Shown here: positions 23,691 through 31,998 of the stretch, piece after piece
Position numbering within the stretch: position 1 is the stretch's first letter
Layout of the letters: each line of letters opens with the position of its first letter
UHGV virus genome: UHGV-0387565
Reading direction: 5' to 3' (one strand)
Source: a virus
Length of the DNA: 37,667 nt
Notes under the pieces: model-generated
What the model saw: the letters and a program-made list of their open reading frames with translations, nothing else
The model's database searches: none
What the model was told of the DNA's origin: nothing
Program-made: the position numbers and the translations under genes

Positions 23691-26102
23691 GTGGAATATA
23701 ACAGAAAACTTTTGGTCAGCATGGCCGGATCAAGAAAGGCTACATACTGGCCGAAAAGTGAGATCATGTGGTCGGAATTTGTTGACCGGTTGAAAACTCC
23801 GGCCAGAAGTCTGGAAACCTTAGAAAATTATTTGGCATTGTCAAAGAGCCAACAGGCTGAATTGAAAGATGTTGGAGGGTTTGTCGGCGGTACCTTTTTC
23901 AATGATAGAAGAAAAGGGGCTTACGTGCAGGGGAGAGATCTGCTGACGTTGGATATGGACAATATACCGGCAGGGCAGACAGAAGAAATATTGAAGAGAG
24001 TATCTGGTCTGGGATGCGCAGCAGTTGTTTATAGTACGCGGAAACATTCCGGATACGCCCCGAGGCTCCGGGTCATTATTCCTGTGGATAGAACGGCTAC
24101 TCCGGACGAATATGAACCCGCAGCAAGAAAGGCGGCTGCATTGATTGGGATCGAGTTCTGTGACCCGACTACATTTGACGCAAGCCGGCTGATGTACTGG
24201 CCAAGCTGTTGTAAGGACGGGGAGTATGTTTATCAGGTATATGATCATCCGTTCTGCAGTCTGGACGGGCTGCTAGGAATGTATAAGAACTGGAAGAATG
24301 TAGCCGAATGGCCGCAAGTACCCGGAAGTGAAACCATCGAAAAAAGGCGTCTGGCAAAACAGGAAAATCCGACAGAGAAAAAAGGAATCATAGGAGCATT
24401 CTGCCGCACGTATTCCATTACGCAGGCAATGGAACAGTTTATCCCGGGAATGTACGAACAGACGGATATTCCAAACAGATACACTTATACGGGAGGAACT
24501 ACAACGGGAGGTGCGATTCTATATGACGGTGATCTGTTCCTCTATTCCCACCATGCTACGGATCCGTGTTCCGGGCAATTGGTGAATGCGTTTGACCTGA
24601 TCCGTCTGCATATGTATGGCGACCTGGATAAAGAAGCAAAAGAGGGCACTCCATCCGTAAAGCTTCCGTCTTTTCAAGCAATGGCAAAAATGGCACGAGC
24701 GGACAAAGAGGTGTCTACTCTTCTTATTAAAGAGAAGTTTGAACAGGCAAAAAAAGTATCTGGTCTGGAAAGCCCGGCACGGGAAGAGGACGGGAATGTA
24801 GACTGGGTACTGAATCTTACAAAAGATGGAAATGGGAAAATCGAAAAAACAATCGCAAATGTAACACTGGTACTGGAAAATGATCCGCTCTTAAAGGGGA
24901 AGATCGTTATCGACCAATTTGCAAGCTGTGGAATGGTGCTGGGCGCATTGCCGTGGAATCAGAGAGAGGAAAAACGCCGTTGGAAAGATGTTGACTACGC
25001 AGGGTATTACCGATATATGGAGACATTTTACGGACTTACGGGAAAAGAAAAGCTGGATAACGGTCTGCTGATCGTGAGCAGCCAGAATCAGATTAACGAG
25101 GTGGAGGACTATCTGGAGAGCTTGAAATGGGATGGTAAAAAGCGTGTGGATACGCTGCTGTCGGATTATCTGGGTGCAGAGGATAATGCCTATACAAGGG
25201 CGGTGATCAGGAAGTCTTTATGTGCTGCAGTAGCAAGAGCTGTAACCGGAGGAGTGAAATATGATTATATGCCGATCTTTACCGGACCACAGGGAATCGG
25301 GAAAAGTACATTCCTTGCAATTTTAGGAAAACAGTGGTTTTCGGATTCTTTGACAAGCTTTGAAGGAAAAGAAGCAGCGGAACTGATACAGGGTACCTGG
25401 ATCAATGAAGTAGGAGAACTGACAGCAATGACAAAGCAGGAAACCAGTGCGGTCAAACAGTTTTTAAGCAAGACACACGATATCTACCGGGCAGCGTATG
25501 GGCGTACAACAGATAAGTATCCCAGGAGATGTGTATTTTTTGGTACTTCAAATGACAGCGAATTCCTAAAAGACGCCACAGGCAACAGAAGATTCTGGCC
25601 GGTGGATGTGGGAGAGTATAAGGCAAAGAAATCTGTATGGGTGGATCTTCCGGAAGAAGTGGATCAGATCTGGGCGGAAACGTACATGTATTGGGTACTG
25701 GGAGAGTCCTTATTTCTGCCAAAAGAGATTGAAAAACTGGCAGAAGAACAGCAGGAGAAACACAGGGAGTCTTTTGCTAAAGAAGGTGTGATCCGGGAAT
25801 TCTTAGAACGGAAAATTCCTGTGGGCTGGGACAGCATGAACCTGATGCAAAGGCGGCAGTTCCTGCAAGGGGGAGCGCATTTAACAGAGAACGTTGATCT
25901 GATGGACAGAGAAAAAGTGTGTGCGGCAGAAATATGGCAGGAGTGCTTTGGTTCCGATATCAAATACATGGGGAAGAGGGATAGCATGGAAATCAACAAC
26001 ATCCTATCTTGTATAAGCGGTTGGAAAAGAAACAAATCGTCTTTGAGGTACGGGTTTTACGGTACACAGAGAGGATTTGAAAGGGTGTCAACAAAGCGGT
26101 GA
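23691..26102 (+). CDS. primase-helicase (VirE/P4-type; N-terminal bifunctional primase-polymerase-like domain plus C-terminal P-loop NTPase)
   Basis: 803 aa. Walker A FTGPQGIGKST and Walker B-like WINEVGEL. VirE-family appearance. RBS TAGGAGGAG with a GTG start. Confidence 0.85.
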   Translation: MEYNRKLLVSMAGSRKATYWPKSEIMWSEFVDRLKTPARSLETLENYLALSKSQQAELKDVGGFVGGTFFNDRRKGAYVQGRDLLTLDMDNIPAGQTEEILKRVSGLGCAAVVYSTRKHSGYAPRLRVIIPVDRTATPDEYEPAARKAAALIGIEFCDPTTFDASRLMYWPSCCKDGEYVYQVYDHPFCSLDGLLGMYKNWKNVAEWPQVPGSETIEKRRLAKQENPTEKKGIIGAFCRTYSITQAMEQFIPGMYEQTDIPNRYTYTGGTTTGGAILYDGDLFLYSHHATDPCSGQLVNAFDLIRLHMYGDLDKEAKEGTPSVKLPSFQAMAKMARADKEVSTLLIKEKFEQAKKVSGLESPAREEDGNVDWVLNLTKDGNGKIEKTIANVTLVLENDPLLKGKIVIDQFASCGMVLGALPWNQREEKRRWKDVDYAGYYRYMETFYGLTGKEKLDNGLLIVSSQNQINEVEDYLESLKWDGKKRVDTLLSDYLGAEDNAYTRAVIRKSLCAAVARAVTGGVKYDYMPIFTGPQGIGKSTFLAILGKQWFSDSLTSFEGKEAAELIQGTWINEVGELTAMTKQETSAVKQFLSKTHDIYRAAYGRTTDKYPRRCVFFGTSNDSEFLKDATGNRRFWPVDVGEYKAKKSVWVDLPEEVDQIWAETYMYWVLGESLFLPKEIEKLAEEQQEKHRESFAKEGVIREFLERKIPVGWDSMNLMQRRQFLQGGAHLTENVDLMDREKVCAAEIWQECFGSDIKYMGKRDSMEINNILSCISGWKRNKSSLRYGFYGTQRGFERVSTKR

Positions 26103-26360
26103 AAAGGGTGTCGACAAAGTTCTAAATCGTCAACAAAGTACAAAAAATGCTGATTTTTGATGTTTGTTTACGTGTTGACACTAATGTAGCACATTTGTTG
26201 ACATAAAAAACAGCGAAATTACGTTGTTTATAGATATATGTCAACAGTGTCAACAAACTTTTTATAAAAAATAAAAAAATATAATTAAAGATATATATAT
26301 ACACCATAATACGCCATAAACGGCATACGCGCGTATACATATACGCGTATAGGGCTTGTT
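26081..26360. repeat. ori-like region: tandem AAGGGTGTC(A/G)ACAAAG iterons, several GTTGACA/TGTCAAC copies in both orientations, an AT-rich tract and GC-containing palindromes
   Basis: Iterons at 26081..26096 and 26105..26120, then CGTCAACAAAG (26128..26138), GTGTTGACAC (26173..26182), TTGTTGACAT (26197..26206), ATGTCAACAGTGTCAACAAAC (26239..26259). AT-rich stretch at 26260..26300. Palindromes ACGCGCGT and TATACGCGTATA at 26327..26352. Confidence 0.5.
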
Positions 26361-26379
26361 GTTGTCAGGAGGTAAGAGA

Positions 26380-26697
26380 ATGTTAGAAAAAGAAATTGAA
26401 AAAATCCTAGTACAAGAGGTAAAAAAACTGGGAGGCAGGGCTTATAAGTGGGTAAGCCCGGGAAATAACGGAGTGCCCGACCGGATCATCATCTTTCCCG
26501 GGCAGATGCCGATCTTCGCAGAGTTGAAAACGGATTCTGGAAAAGTGTCATCCGTCCAGAGAGTCCAGTTAAAGAGGCTGTCAGATTTAGGGCAGCGGGT
26601 GCGTGTGATATACGGCATCTCAGGAATCTGCCAGTTTTTTCGGGATCATGGATTTGAGGAAGCAAGCAGAAAGCTGGTGCAGAGATATGGGCTGTGA
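26380..26697 (+). CDS. VRR-NUC domain nuclease
   Basis: PD..(E)xK core GVPDRIIIFPGQMPIFAELK. RBS CAGGAGGTAAGAGA before ATG 26380; the ORF track starts at TTG 26356. Confidence 0.8.
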   Translation: MLEKEIEKILVQEVKKLGGRAYKWVSPGNNGVPDRIIIFPGQMPIFAELKTDSGKVSSVQRVQLKRLSDLGQRVRVIYGISGICQFFRDHGFEEASRKLVQRYGL

Positions 26698-26714
26698 TGT
26701 AAAGGAGGCGAAAG

Positions 26715-27182
26715 ATGAAGACTAAATTATTTTGCGATAGGTGCGGTAAAGAAATATGGCGATACCCCAGTCAGGTAAAGACGCATAATTTTTGTTCACG
26801 AAAGTGCTTGTCGGAATTTTCAAGCAGGATAAAAAATCCCGATGGATATCGACAGCTTAAAAATTACACTAACATATCAAAGCATATGTCAGACTTGAAT
26901 AGAAAGATGAACCCAAAGAGAATGGACTTCGCAACGAGAGCAAAACTTAGCACGGTAAAGAGAGAATCTTGTCAGGGAAAGTCATACATAAAGTCATTCG
27001 GAAGGCATCTGCACAGAACCGTTGCAGAAAGGATGTTAGGGAGAAAACTTAAATCGGGGGAAGTTGTACATCACATAGACGGGAATAAACAGAATAATGC
27101 CCCTGGAAATTTAAAAGTCTTTCGGAATCAGGCAGAACATCTAAGATGGCATCTGCAAAATGGAGGAGGTGATGCCCGATGA
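26715..27182 (+). CDS. HNH endonuclease with an N-terminal zinc finger
   Basis: HNH core VVHHIDGNKQNNAPGNLKVFRNQAEHLRWH. N-terminal CDRCGKE...CSRKC. RBS AAAGGAGG. Confidence 0.85.
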   Translation: MKTKLFCDRCGKEIWRYPSQVKTHNFCSRKCLSEFSSRIKNPDGYRQLKNYTNISKHMSDLNRKMNPKRMDFATRAKLSTVKRESCQGKSYIKSFGRHLHRTVAERMLGRKLKSGEVVHHIDGNKQNNAPGNLKVFRNQAEHLRWHLQNGGGDAR

Positions 27183-27264
27183 TATTCAGACCACATGGCT
27201 ATCAAGAATATTGCATTAACAAGATATTGGAAATCAAAAAAATAGGCCTTTTTCTGGATATGGG

Positions 27265-28605
27265 TTGAAAGGTTTAGGGAAAACAATCACAACATTGACA
27301 GCGGTAAAGGAATTAAAATACAACCGGTTTGAAGTACAAAAAATTTTGGTGATCGCACCGAAAAAAGTCGCAGAGGGAACCTGGACGAAGGAAAAGGATA
27401 AATGGGAGCATACACGGATGATGCGGGTATCCCAGATACTTGGAAGCGAAGCAAAAAGGATACGTGCCCTCAATACGCCGGCTGATCTATACATCATCAA
27501 TCGGGAGAATGTGGTGTGGCTGGTGGATTATTACCGTAATGCCTGGCCGTTTGACATGGTAGTGATTGATGAGTCCAGCAGTTTTAAAAGCCACAAGGCG
27601 AAACGGTTCAAAGCCCTGGCAAGTGTCAGTTCCAGGATTGGCAGGATGGTGGAACTGACAGGAACTCCTTCTCCGAATGGTTTAGAGGATCTTTGGGCGC
27701 AGGTCTATCTTTTGGATGAGGGTGATCGGCTTGGAAAGCGGTACACCGGATTCCGGGAACGTTATTTTGATCCGGGAGACCGGGGACAGAATGTGATATA
27801 CAACTATAAGGCGAAACCGGGAACCGAAGAAAGTATCCTACAGAAGATCTCAGATATCTGTATCAGCATGAAGGCAGAGGACTACCTGCAACTTCCGGAT
27901 ATCACATATCATGAAATACCGGTGGAACTTGACAGCAAGTCAAGGAAGGCCTATACGGAATTAGAGTACAAGATGGTGCTGGAGTTGCCGGAGGATGAAG
28001 AAGAAATCAGTGTCACAAGTGCAGCAGCATTGAGTAATAAGCTGTTACAGCTTGGGAACGGGGCAATTTATGATGAAGACCGGAACTATCATGAAATACA
28101 TAACTGTAAGATCGAAGCATTCCTAGAACTGATCGAGTCCCTTCAGGGGAAACCGGCACTGGTGTTTTATAATTTCCAGCATGATAAAATCCGGATCCTG
28201 AAAGCGTTGGAGAAAATGCGGTTGCGGATCCGTGAGCTTAAGACAACGCAGGATGAAGATGATTGGAATGCCGGAAAGATAGATCTACTGCTTACTCATC
28301 CGGCCAGTAGTGCCTACGGGTTGAATCTGCAGCAGGGAGGAAACCATGTAATCTGGTTTGGCCTGACATGGAATTATGAACTGTATACACAGGCAAATAA
28401 AAGGCTACACCGACAGGGGCAGACAGAGAAAGTAATCATACATCACCTGGTCTGTACAGAAACCAGAGACGAAGATGTGATGAAAGCACTCAGTAAAAAG
28501 GACGACGTGCAAGGCTGGGTAATGGCCAGTCTGAAGGCAAGGATTAAAGCGATAAAGGAGAACCGGAATATTGACAGATCAGGCAAAGATAAAAGCATTA
28601 AATAA
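27265..28605 (+). CDS. SNF2-family helicase; N-terminus apparently truncated or frameshifted
   Basis: Motif I GLGKT lies at the very start (TTG start). DESSSFKS is a DExx box, and the helicase C-terminal domain carries motif VI LHRQGQT. A short upstream ORF in another frame ends in an A7 run. Confidence 0.85.
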   Translation: MKGLGKTITTLTAVKELKYNRFEVQKILVIAPKKVAEGTWTKEKDKWEHTRMMRVSQILGSEAKRIRALNTPADLYIINRENVVWLVDYYRNAWPFDMVVIDESSSFKSHKAKRFKALASVSSRIGRMVELTGTPSPNGLEDLWAQVYLLDEGDRLGKRYTGFRERYFDPGDRGQNVIYNYKAKPGTEESILQKISDICISMKAEDYLQLPDITYHEIPVELDSKSRKAYTELEYKMVLELPEDEEEISVTSAAALSNKLLQLGNGAIYDEDRNYHEIHNCKIEAFLELIESLQGKPALVFYNFQHDKIRILKALEKMRLRIRELKTTQDEDDWNAGKIDLLLTHPASSAYGLNLQQGGNHVIWFGLTWNYELYTQANKRLHRQGQTEKVIIHHLVCTETRDEDVMKALSKKDDVQGWVMASLKARIKAIKENRNIDRSGKDKSIK

Positions 28606-28758
28606 GCATTTCAGTGAGGTATTATGCCCAGGATGCGGACAGGTCATCAAGGAATCGGATGACATGAGCCGTATTCAGTATGTACGGACAAAGAGGGCAA
28701 CGGATGTTTTTTTTTCACACTGAATGCTTTAGGAAAATATGGAACAGGAGAAAAAAGA

Positions 28759-29142
28759 ATGGGAAAAGTTGATGATTATACAGCAGGTAGATCACATGGA
28801 TTGATTCTAGCAAGGGAGATTGTAAAAAAAGACGGTATCGAGGGACTGGAAAAAGAAATCCAGTTTCGGAATATCACGGGGGTTAACACGGCGCTGACCA
28901 GAAAAGAGTTAAATGTGGCCTGTGAGAAGATTAAAAACATGACACTGGACACAATGATGGTGATCGCAGTCGCAACGCTGCATGATGAGTTCGGTTTTGC
29001 CGGGAAACGGTGCAAGAGATTTATCGACCGAATGAACCTGAAAGCAGAGTGTCTGGTGGACGATATGGCAACATGGGATGAGTATACAAAGATGATTAAA
29101 GATGAGATCGGAATCGAGATGACGATACGGAGGAATGACTAA
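28759..29142 (+). CDS. hypothetical protein (127 aa)
   Basis: RBS CAGGAGAAAAAAG. No recognisable motif. Confidence 0.5.
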   Translation: MGKVDDYTAGRSHGLILAREIVKKDGIEGLEKEIQFRNITGVNTALTRKELNVACEKIKNMTLDTMMVIAVATLHDEFGFAGKRCKRFIDRMNLKAECLVDDMATWDEYTKMIKDEIGIEMTIRRND

Positions 29143-29324
29143 TGCCAAAAGTGAAAGAAACACGCTTGCGAAAAGGCGACACGATCAAATGCGCTGATGC
29201 AGAGGATTGCGTGAGGACAATGAATGAATTGGCGGTCTGCGGGATAGAGACGGATTTCCTGTATGAAAAAGATGGAGAGAGCGGTTTATGGTTGAAAATA
29301 ACGGGAGGAAAATTAGATGGATGA
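29142..29324 (+). CDS. hypothetical protein (60 aa)
   Basis: ATG overlaps the upstream stop (TAATG), with RBS GGAGGAATG. Confidence 0.45.
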   Translation: MPKVKETRLRKGDTIKCADAEDCVRTMNELAVCGIETDFLYEKDGESGLWLKITGGKLDG

Positions 29325-29700
29325 TAAGAAAGTTAGAGAAGCGATAGAAAGAATACACAAAATGCGAGATGCGTACAATGCAACATTGCGCTCACTTCCG
29401 CAGAAAACGAGAGAAAGAAGTGATTATAACAATTATGTCGATGCATTTCTAGTGGCAATCGAAGCACTGGAAAAGCAGTTACCGAAGAAAACTAGAGAAA
29501 ATGGAATGCAGGATGGTTTGATTAGGAAAATCAAATATTACACTTGTCCTACTTGCGGTAATTGTCTTTTGACTGAAATGATGAACGAAAGACAGAACAC
29601 AGGTTATTGTTGGGATTGCGGACAGAGATTAGATTGGAGTTACCAGACGGAAGTGGCAGGAAACATTTTTGACGATCCAGAGCTGTTGGAGGTGGAGTGA
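29317..29700 (+). CDS. hypothetical protein with a C-terminal zinc ribbon (CPTCGNC ... CWDCGQ)
   Basis: RBS GGGAGGAAAA. Helical N-terminal half and a four-Cys ribbon in the C-terminal half. Confidence 0.5.
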   Translation: MDDKKVREAIERIHKMRDAYNATLRSLPQKTRERSDYNNYVDAFLVAIEALEKQLPKKTRENGMQDGLIRKIKYYTCPTCGNCLLTEMMNERQNTGYCWDCGQRLDWSYQTEVAGNIFDDPELLEVE

Positions 29701-29888
29701 TGAACACATTAGAGAAAATCGTGGAAGAAATCGAATCCATGAAAAATGATGCCTACGAAACACTGAAGGAAGAAAAGAAAAGGCATGGAGCAAGTGAAAC
29801 AGCAGAAGAGCTGGAAAGCTATATTTATGGGCTGACTTGCGCAGTAGATATTGTGGAGAAGTATGTGGATAAGGAGAATGTGGAATGA
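29697..29888 (+). CDS. hypothetical acidic protein (63 aa)
   Basis: ATG overlaps the upstream stop. RBS GGAGGTGGAG. Confidence 0.45.
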   Translation: MMNTLEKIVEEIESMKNDAYETLKEEKKRHGASETAEELESYIYGLTCAVDIVEKYVDKENVE

Positions 29889-30085
29889 AAATTAAAGCGT
29901 GTCCATTTTGTGGATGCCGTGACAGAAGAGTCGGAATCCGGAGAATGGGAAGCAAAGGATATAGGGTAGTGTGCGGTGCTTGCGGAGCATCTGGGCCTTA
30001 TGTGGCAATTAAGGCGTGTCGGGATGACAAGATGATTGCACAGGATGCAGCAAGACAAGGATGGAATAATAGGTGGGAGGAATAA
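29885..30085 (+). CDS. Lar-family restriction alleviation protein, putative
   Basis: 66 aa with the signature CPFCG ... C..CG ... GP ... and a C-terminal ..A.R.GWNNR, matching my recollection of the Lar family (CPFCG, C-x2-C, AWNRR). ATG overlaps the upstream stop. Confidence 0.55.
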   Translation: MKIKACPFCGCRDRRVGIRRMGSKGYRVVCGACGASGPYVAIKACRDDKMIAQDAARQGWNNRWEE

Positions 30086-30086
30086 C

Positions 30087-30278
30087 ATGGACATTTTAAT
30101 CACAATCGCATTCCTAGCCCTGTATTACATCCTGGGGCTTGGAACAATCATAGCATTCAAGGAGATCGGATTAGAAGACGTGAAGCTGGAGAAGCAAGAC
30201 TATTTAGCGGCGGCAATGTTCCCACTGTTGTTGCTTGTAATATTTACAGGATGGATAGTTGAGAAGATATGGAGGTGA
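30087..30278 (+). CDS. small membrane protein (63 aa, two TM helices)
   Basis: RBS GGTGGGAGG 6 nt before ATG 30087. Hydrophobic helices ILITIAFLALYYILGLGTIIAF and MFPLLLLVIFTGWIV. The ORF track starts earlier at 30036. Confidence 0.5.
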   Translation: MDILITIAFLALYYILGLGTIIAFKEIGLEDVKLEKQDYLAAAMFPLLLLVIFTGWIVEKIWR

Positions 30279-30285
30279 TGCAGGA

Positions 30286-30510
30286 ATGACAAGAGATACT
30301 ATGAAGCGCAGAAGGGAGACGGCAGGAGTTATCCGAAAGATTGAAGCGTACACTATGGCAACGAGGAAGCCCTGTGAGACAGCCTTAAAGCAACAGGGGC
30401 ACAAAGCCTTTGCCTGTGACTTTAAAGGCGGCGAGAGGGCGAATAAGGATACTGTGGACTACATAGCAGAGAAATACAACATAAAAGAGCGGATTCCGGG
30501 AGGTGATTGA
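30286..30510 (+). CDS. hypothetical basic protein (74 aa)
   Basis: RBS GGAGGTG 8 nt before ATG 30286; the track offers an earlier TTG at 30259. Confidence 0.45.
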   Translation: MTRDTMKRRRETAGVIRKIEAYTMATRKPCETALKQQGHKAFACDFKGGERANKDTVDYIAEKYNIKERIPGGD

Positions 30511-30511
30511 G

Positions 30512-30919
30512 TTGGACAAGAACGTAATCTATGAGTATATGGATGCGAAAGCATTGGTAAAAGAGACAGAAGAAGATATCAGACGGCACAGAAGAAAGAC
30601 GATCGTGCAAGACAAGGTGACAGGCAGCAATCCGGAGTTTCCATACCAGCCGCAGAGCTTTAACATTTCCGGATGCGTAGAGAGTCATGTGAATGTGGAT
30701 GAGGAAGAAAAACTGTTGGAAGAGCGCAAGAGGAACGCGAAGCTGATTAAAGTAAAGGCAGAGCGTGTGATTAATAAAGCACCGGTCCGGATGCAGAGGA
30801 TTATCCGGTTCAAGGTGATGCAGGGGCTTACGTGGGATGAAGTGGCTGCAAAAATGAAAGGGAATTGCACAGGAGAAAGCGCAAGGAAAGAATTTCAGAG
30901 GTGGATGAAAGAAAAATAG
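30512..30919 (+). CDS. ArpU-family / sigma-70 region-4-like late gene transcriptional regulator, putative
   Basis: C-terminal segment MQRIIRFKVMQGLTWDEVAAKM...ESARKEFQRWM resembles a sigma region-4 HTH. Position immediately upstream of the terminase genes. Start is ambiguous: GTG 30503, TTG 30512 or ATG 30539. Confidence 0.5.
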   Translation: MDKNVIYEYMDAKALVKETEEDIRRHRRKTIVQDKVTGSNPEFPYQPQSFNISGCVESHVNVDEEEKLLEERKRNAKLIKVKAERVINKAPVRMQRIIRFKVMQGLTWDEVAAKMKGNCTGESARKEFQRWMKEK

Positions 30920-30921
30920 AA

Positions 30922-30950
30922 GTTTGTCCGTTTTGTCCACATTGTCCGCT
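30922..30950. promoter_or_regulatory. triple direct repeat TTGTCC(G/A) (TTTGTCCGTTTTGTCCACATTGTCCGC) downstream of the ArpU-like gene
   Basis: Seen directly. An inverted copy GGACAA lies at 31074..31079. Candidate regulator binding site, late promoter or pac-associated element. Confidence 0.3.
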
Positions 30951-31057
30951 TTAAATAATATATAGTATAACATGGAGTCAGAAGAAAGACTTCAAAATCT
31001 TTCCAAACATTCGGAACACCGCCGGACTTCTCCCCTTTCTTGTCTGGCGGTGTTTTT

Positions 31058-31104
31058 ATGCCGCGGTCAGTTGGGACAAGCGGGTTCGAACCCCGCACAC
31101 GGTT
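31058..31104 (+). other. tRNA-like T-arm hairpin (GCGGG-TTCGAAC-CCCGC) plus acceptor-like 3' tail, possibly a tRNA 3' fragment
   Basis: Perfect T-loop consensus with a 5-bp GC stem at 31080..31096. No convincing anticodon or D arm could be folded upstream. Confidence 0.25.
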
Positions 31105-31296
31105 TAGTAGCATATCACGGTAAATATTGAAAATCCGGAATGCCGTGGAAGTGCTACGAGTGATATCACAAAACGCAGATATCCGCAGATCTGCCAGAAC
31201 AACAAACAAAAATAGATTCAGCAATCTATATTTAGTGCAATCAGCGTACCCGAGTGCTGCGGATAGGGTAAAGGATGTCAAGAAAAGGCATCCTAC

Positions 31297-31369
31297 GGGT
31301 GTATAGCTCAGTTGGTAGAGCAATCGGCTGTTAACCGATGTGTCGCAGGTTCGAATCCTGCTATACCCG
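31297..31369 (+). tRNA. tRNA-Asn (anticodon GTT)
   Basis: Cloverleaf folded by hand: acceptor GGGTGTA/TATACCC (one G-U), D-arm GCTC-AGTTGGTA-GAGC, anticodon arm ATCGG-CTGTTAA-CCGAT, T-arm GCAGG-TTCGAAT-CCTGC, discriminator G. No encoded CCA. Confidence 0.85.
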
Positions 31370-31530
31370 TTGTGGACTACTGCAAGGTTCCTCCTTTTTC
31401 TTATAAATTTTGATTGTGTACTTGGTTATTTTGGTTTTTGTTGGCATTTGTAATTCTTTCGAGCAGTAGTCCTAAATTCTTGGCATCCAGAGATGGGTGC
31501 TTTTATTATGTTTTAAAGGTGGTGAGTCGG

Positions 31531-31998
31531 ATGGCGAAAGGTAAATATCAGGAATGGATAGAGCCGGAAGGCTTGCTAAAAATAGAGGGATGGGCGAGAG
31601 ATGGTCTGACGGACGAGCAGATTGCAGATAATATCGGGATTTCCAGAAGCACATTAAATAGCTGGAAAGACAAGTATTCGGACATTTCGGACACCCTAAA
31701 AAGAGGGAAAGAGGTCGTTGATCGTCAAGTCGAGAATGCTTTGCTAAAACGTGCGCTTGGGTATGAGTACACGGAAACGACCAGAGAATACATACCGGAA
31801 CTCGACGAGATGAAAACTACGAAAAAGGTCACAAAGCAAGTAGCACCAGACACAACAGCCCAGATCTTTTGGCTGAAGAACCGGAAACCAGACAAGTGGA
31901 GAGATAAGCAGGAATACGAGGATAGAACGGCAATTGAAAAGCTGGATGAAATCTTGAAAGGATTGCATGACAATGCAGCTAAGCAAAAAACAGAATGA
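31531..31998 (+). CDS. terS: terminase small subunit
   Basis: 155-aa product with an HTH-like segment LTDEQIADNIGISRSTLNSW, directly upstream of and overlapping terL. RBS AAAGGTGGTGAG before ATG 31531; the ORF track starts at 31414. Confidence 0.75.
   Translation: MAKGKYQEWIEPEGLLKIEGWARDGLTDEQIADNIGISRSTLNSWKDKYSDISDTLKRGKEVVDRQVENALLKRALGYEYTETTREYIPELDEMKTTKKVTKQVAPDTTAQIFWLKNRKPDKWRDKQEYEDRTAIEKLDEILKGLHDNAAKQKTE

Noticed and set aside
26122-26340. 72-aa - strand ORF inside the AT-rich ori-like region
   Set aside because: It lies in an iteron/AT-rich non-coding region with no RBS. The amino-acid composition (I/Y/F/K runs) simply reflects the AT-rich DNA.
28606-28758. Short CPGCG-containing frame and T9 run between the helicase and the next gene
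   Set aside because: No in-frame ATG/GTG with an RBS and only one Cys pair. The T9 tract lacks a preceding stable stem, so neither a gene nor a terminator is supported.
31058-31104. Possible second complete tRNA around the TTCGAAC T-arm
   Set aside because: Only the T-arm and an acceptor-like tail fold. I could not find a complementary 5' acceptor strand or an anticodon stem on either strand, so it is kept as a tRNA-like fragment and not called as a tRNA gene.
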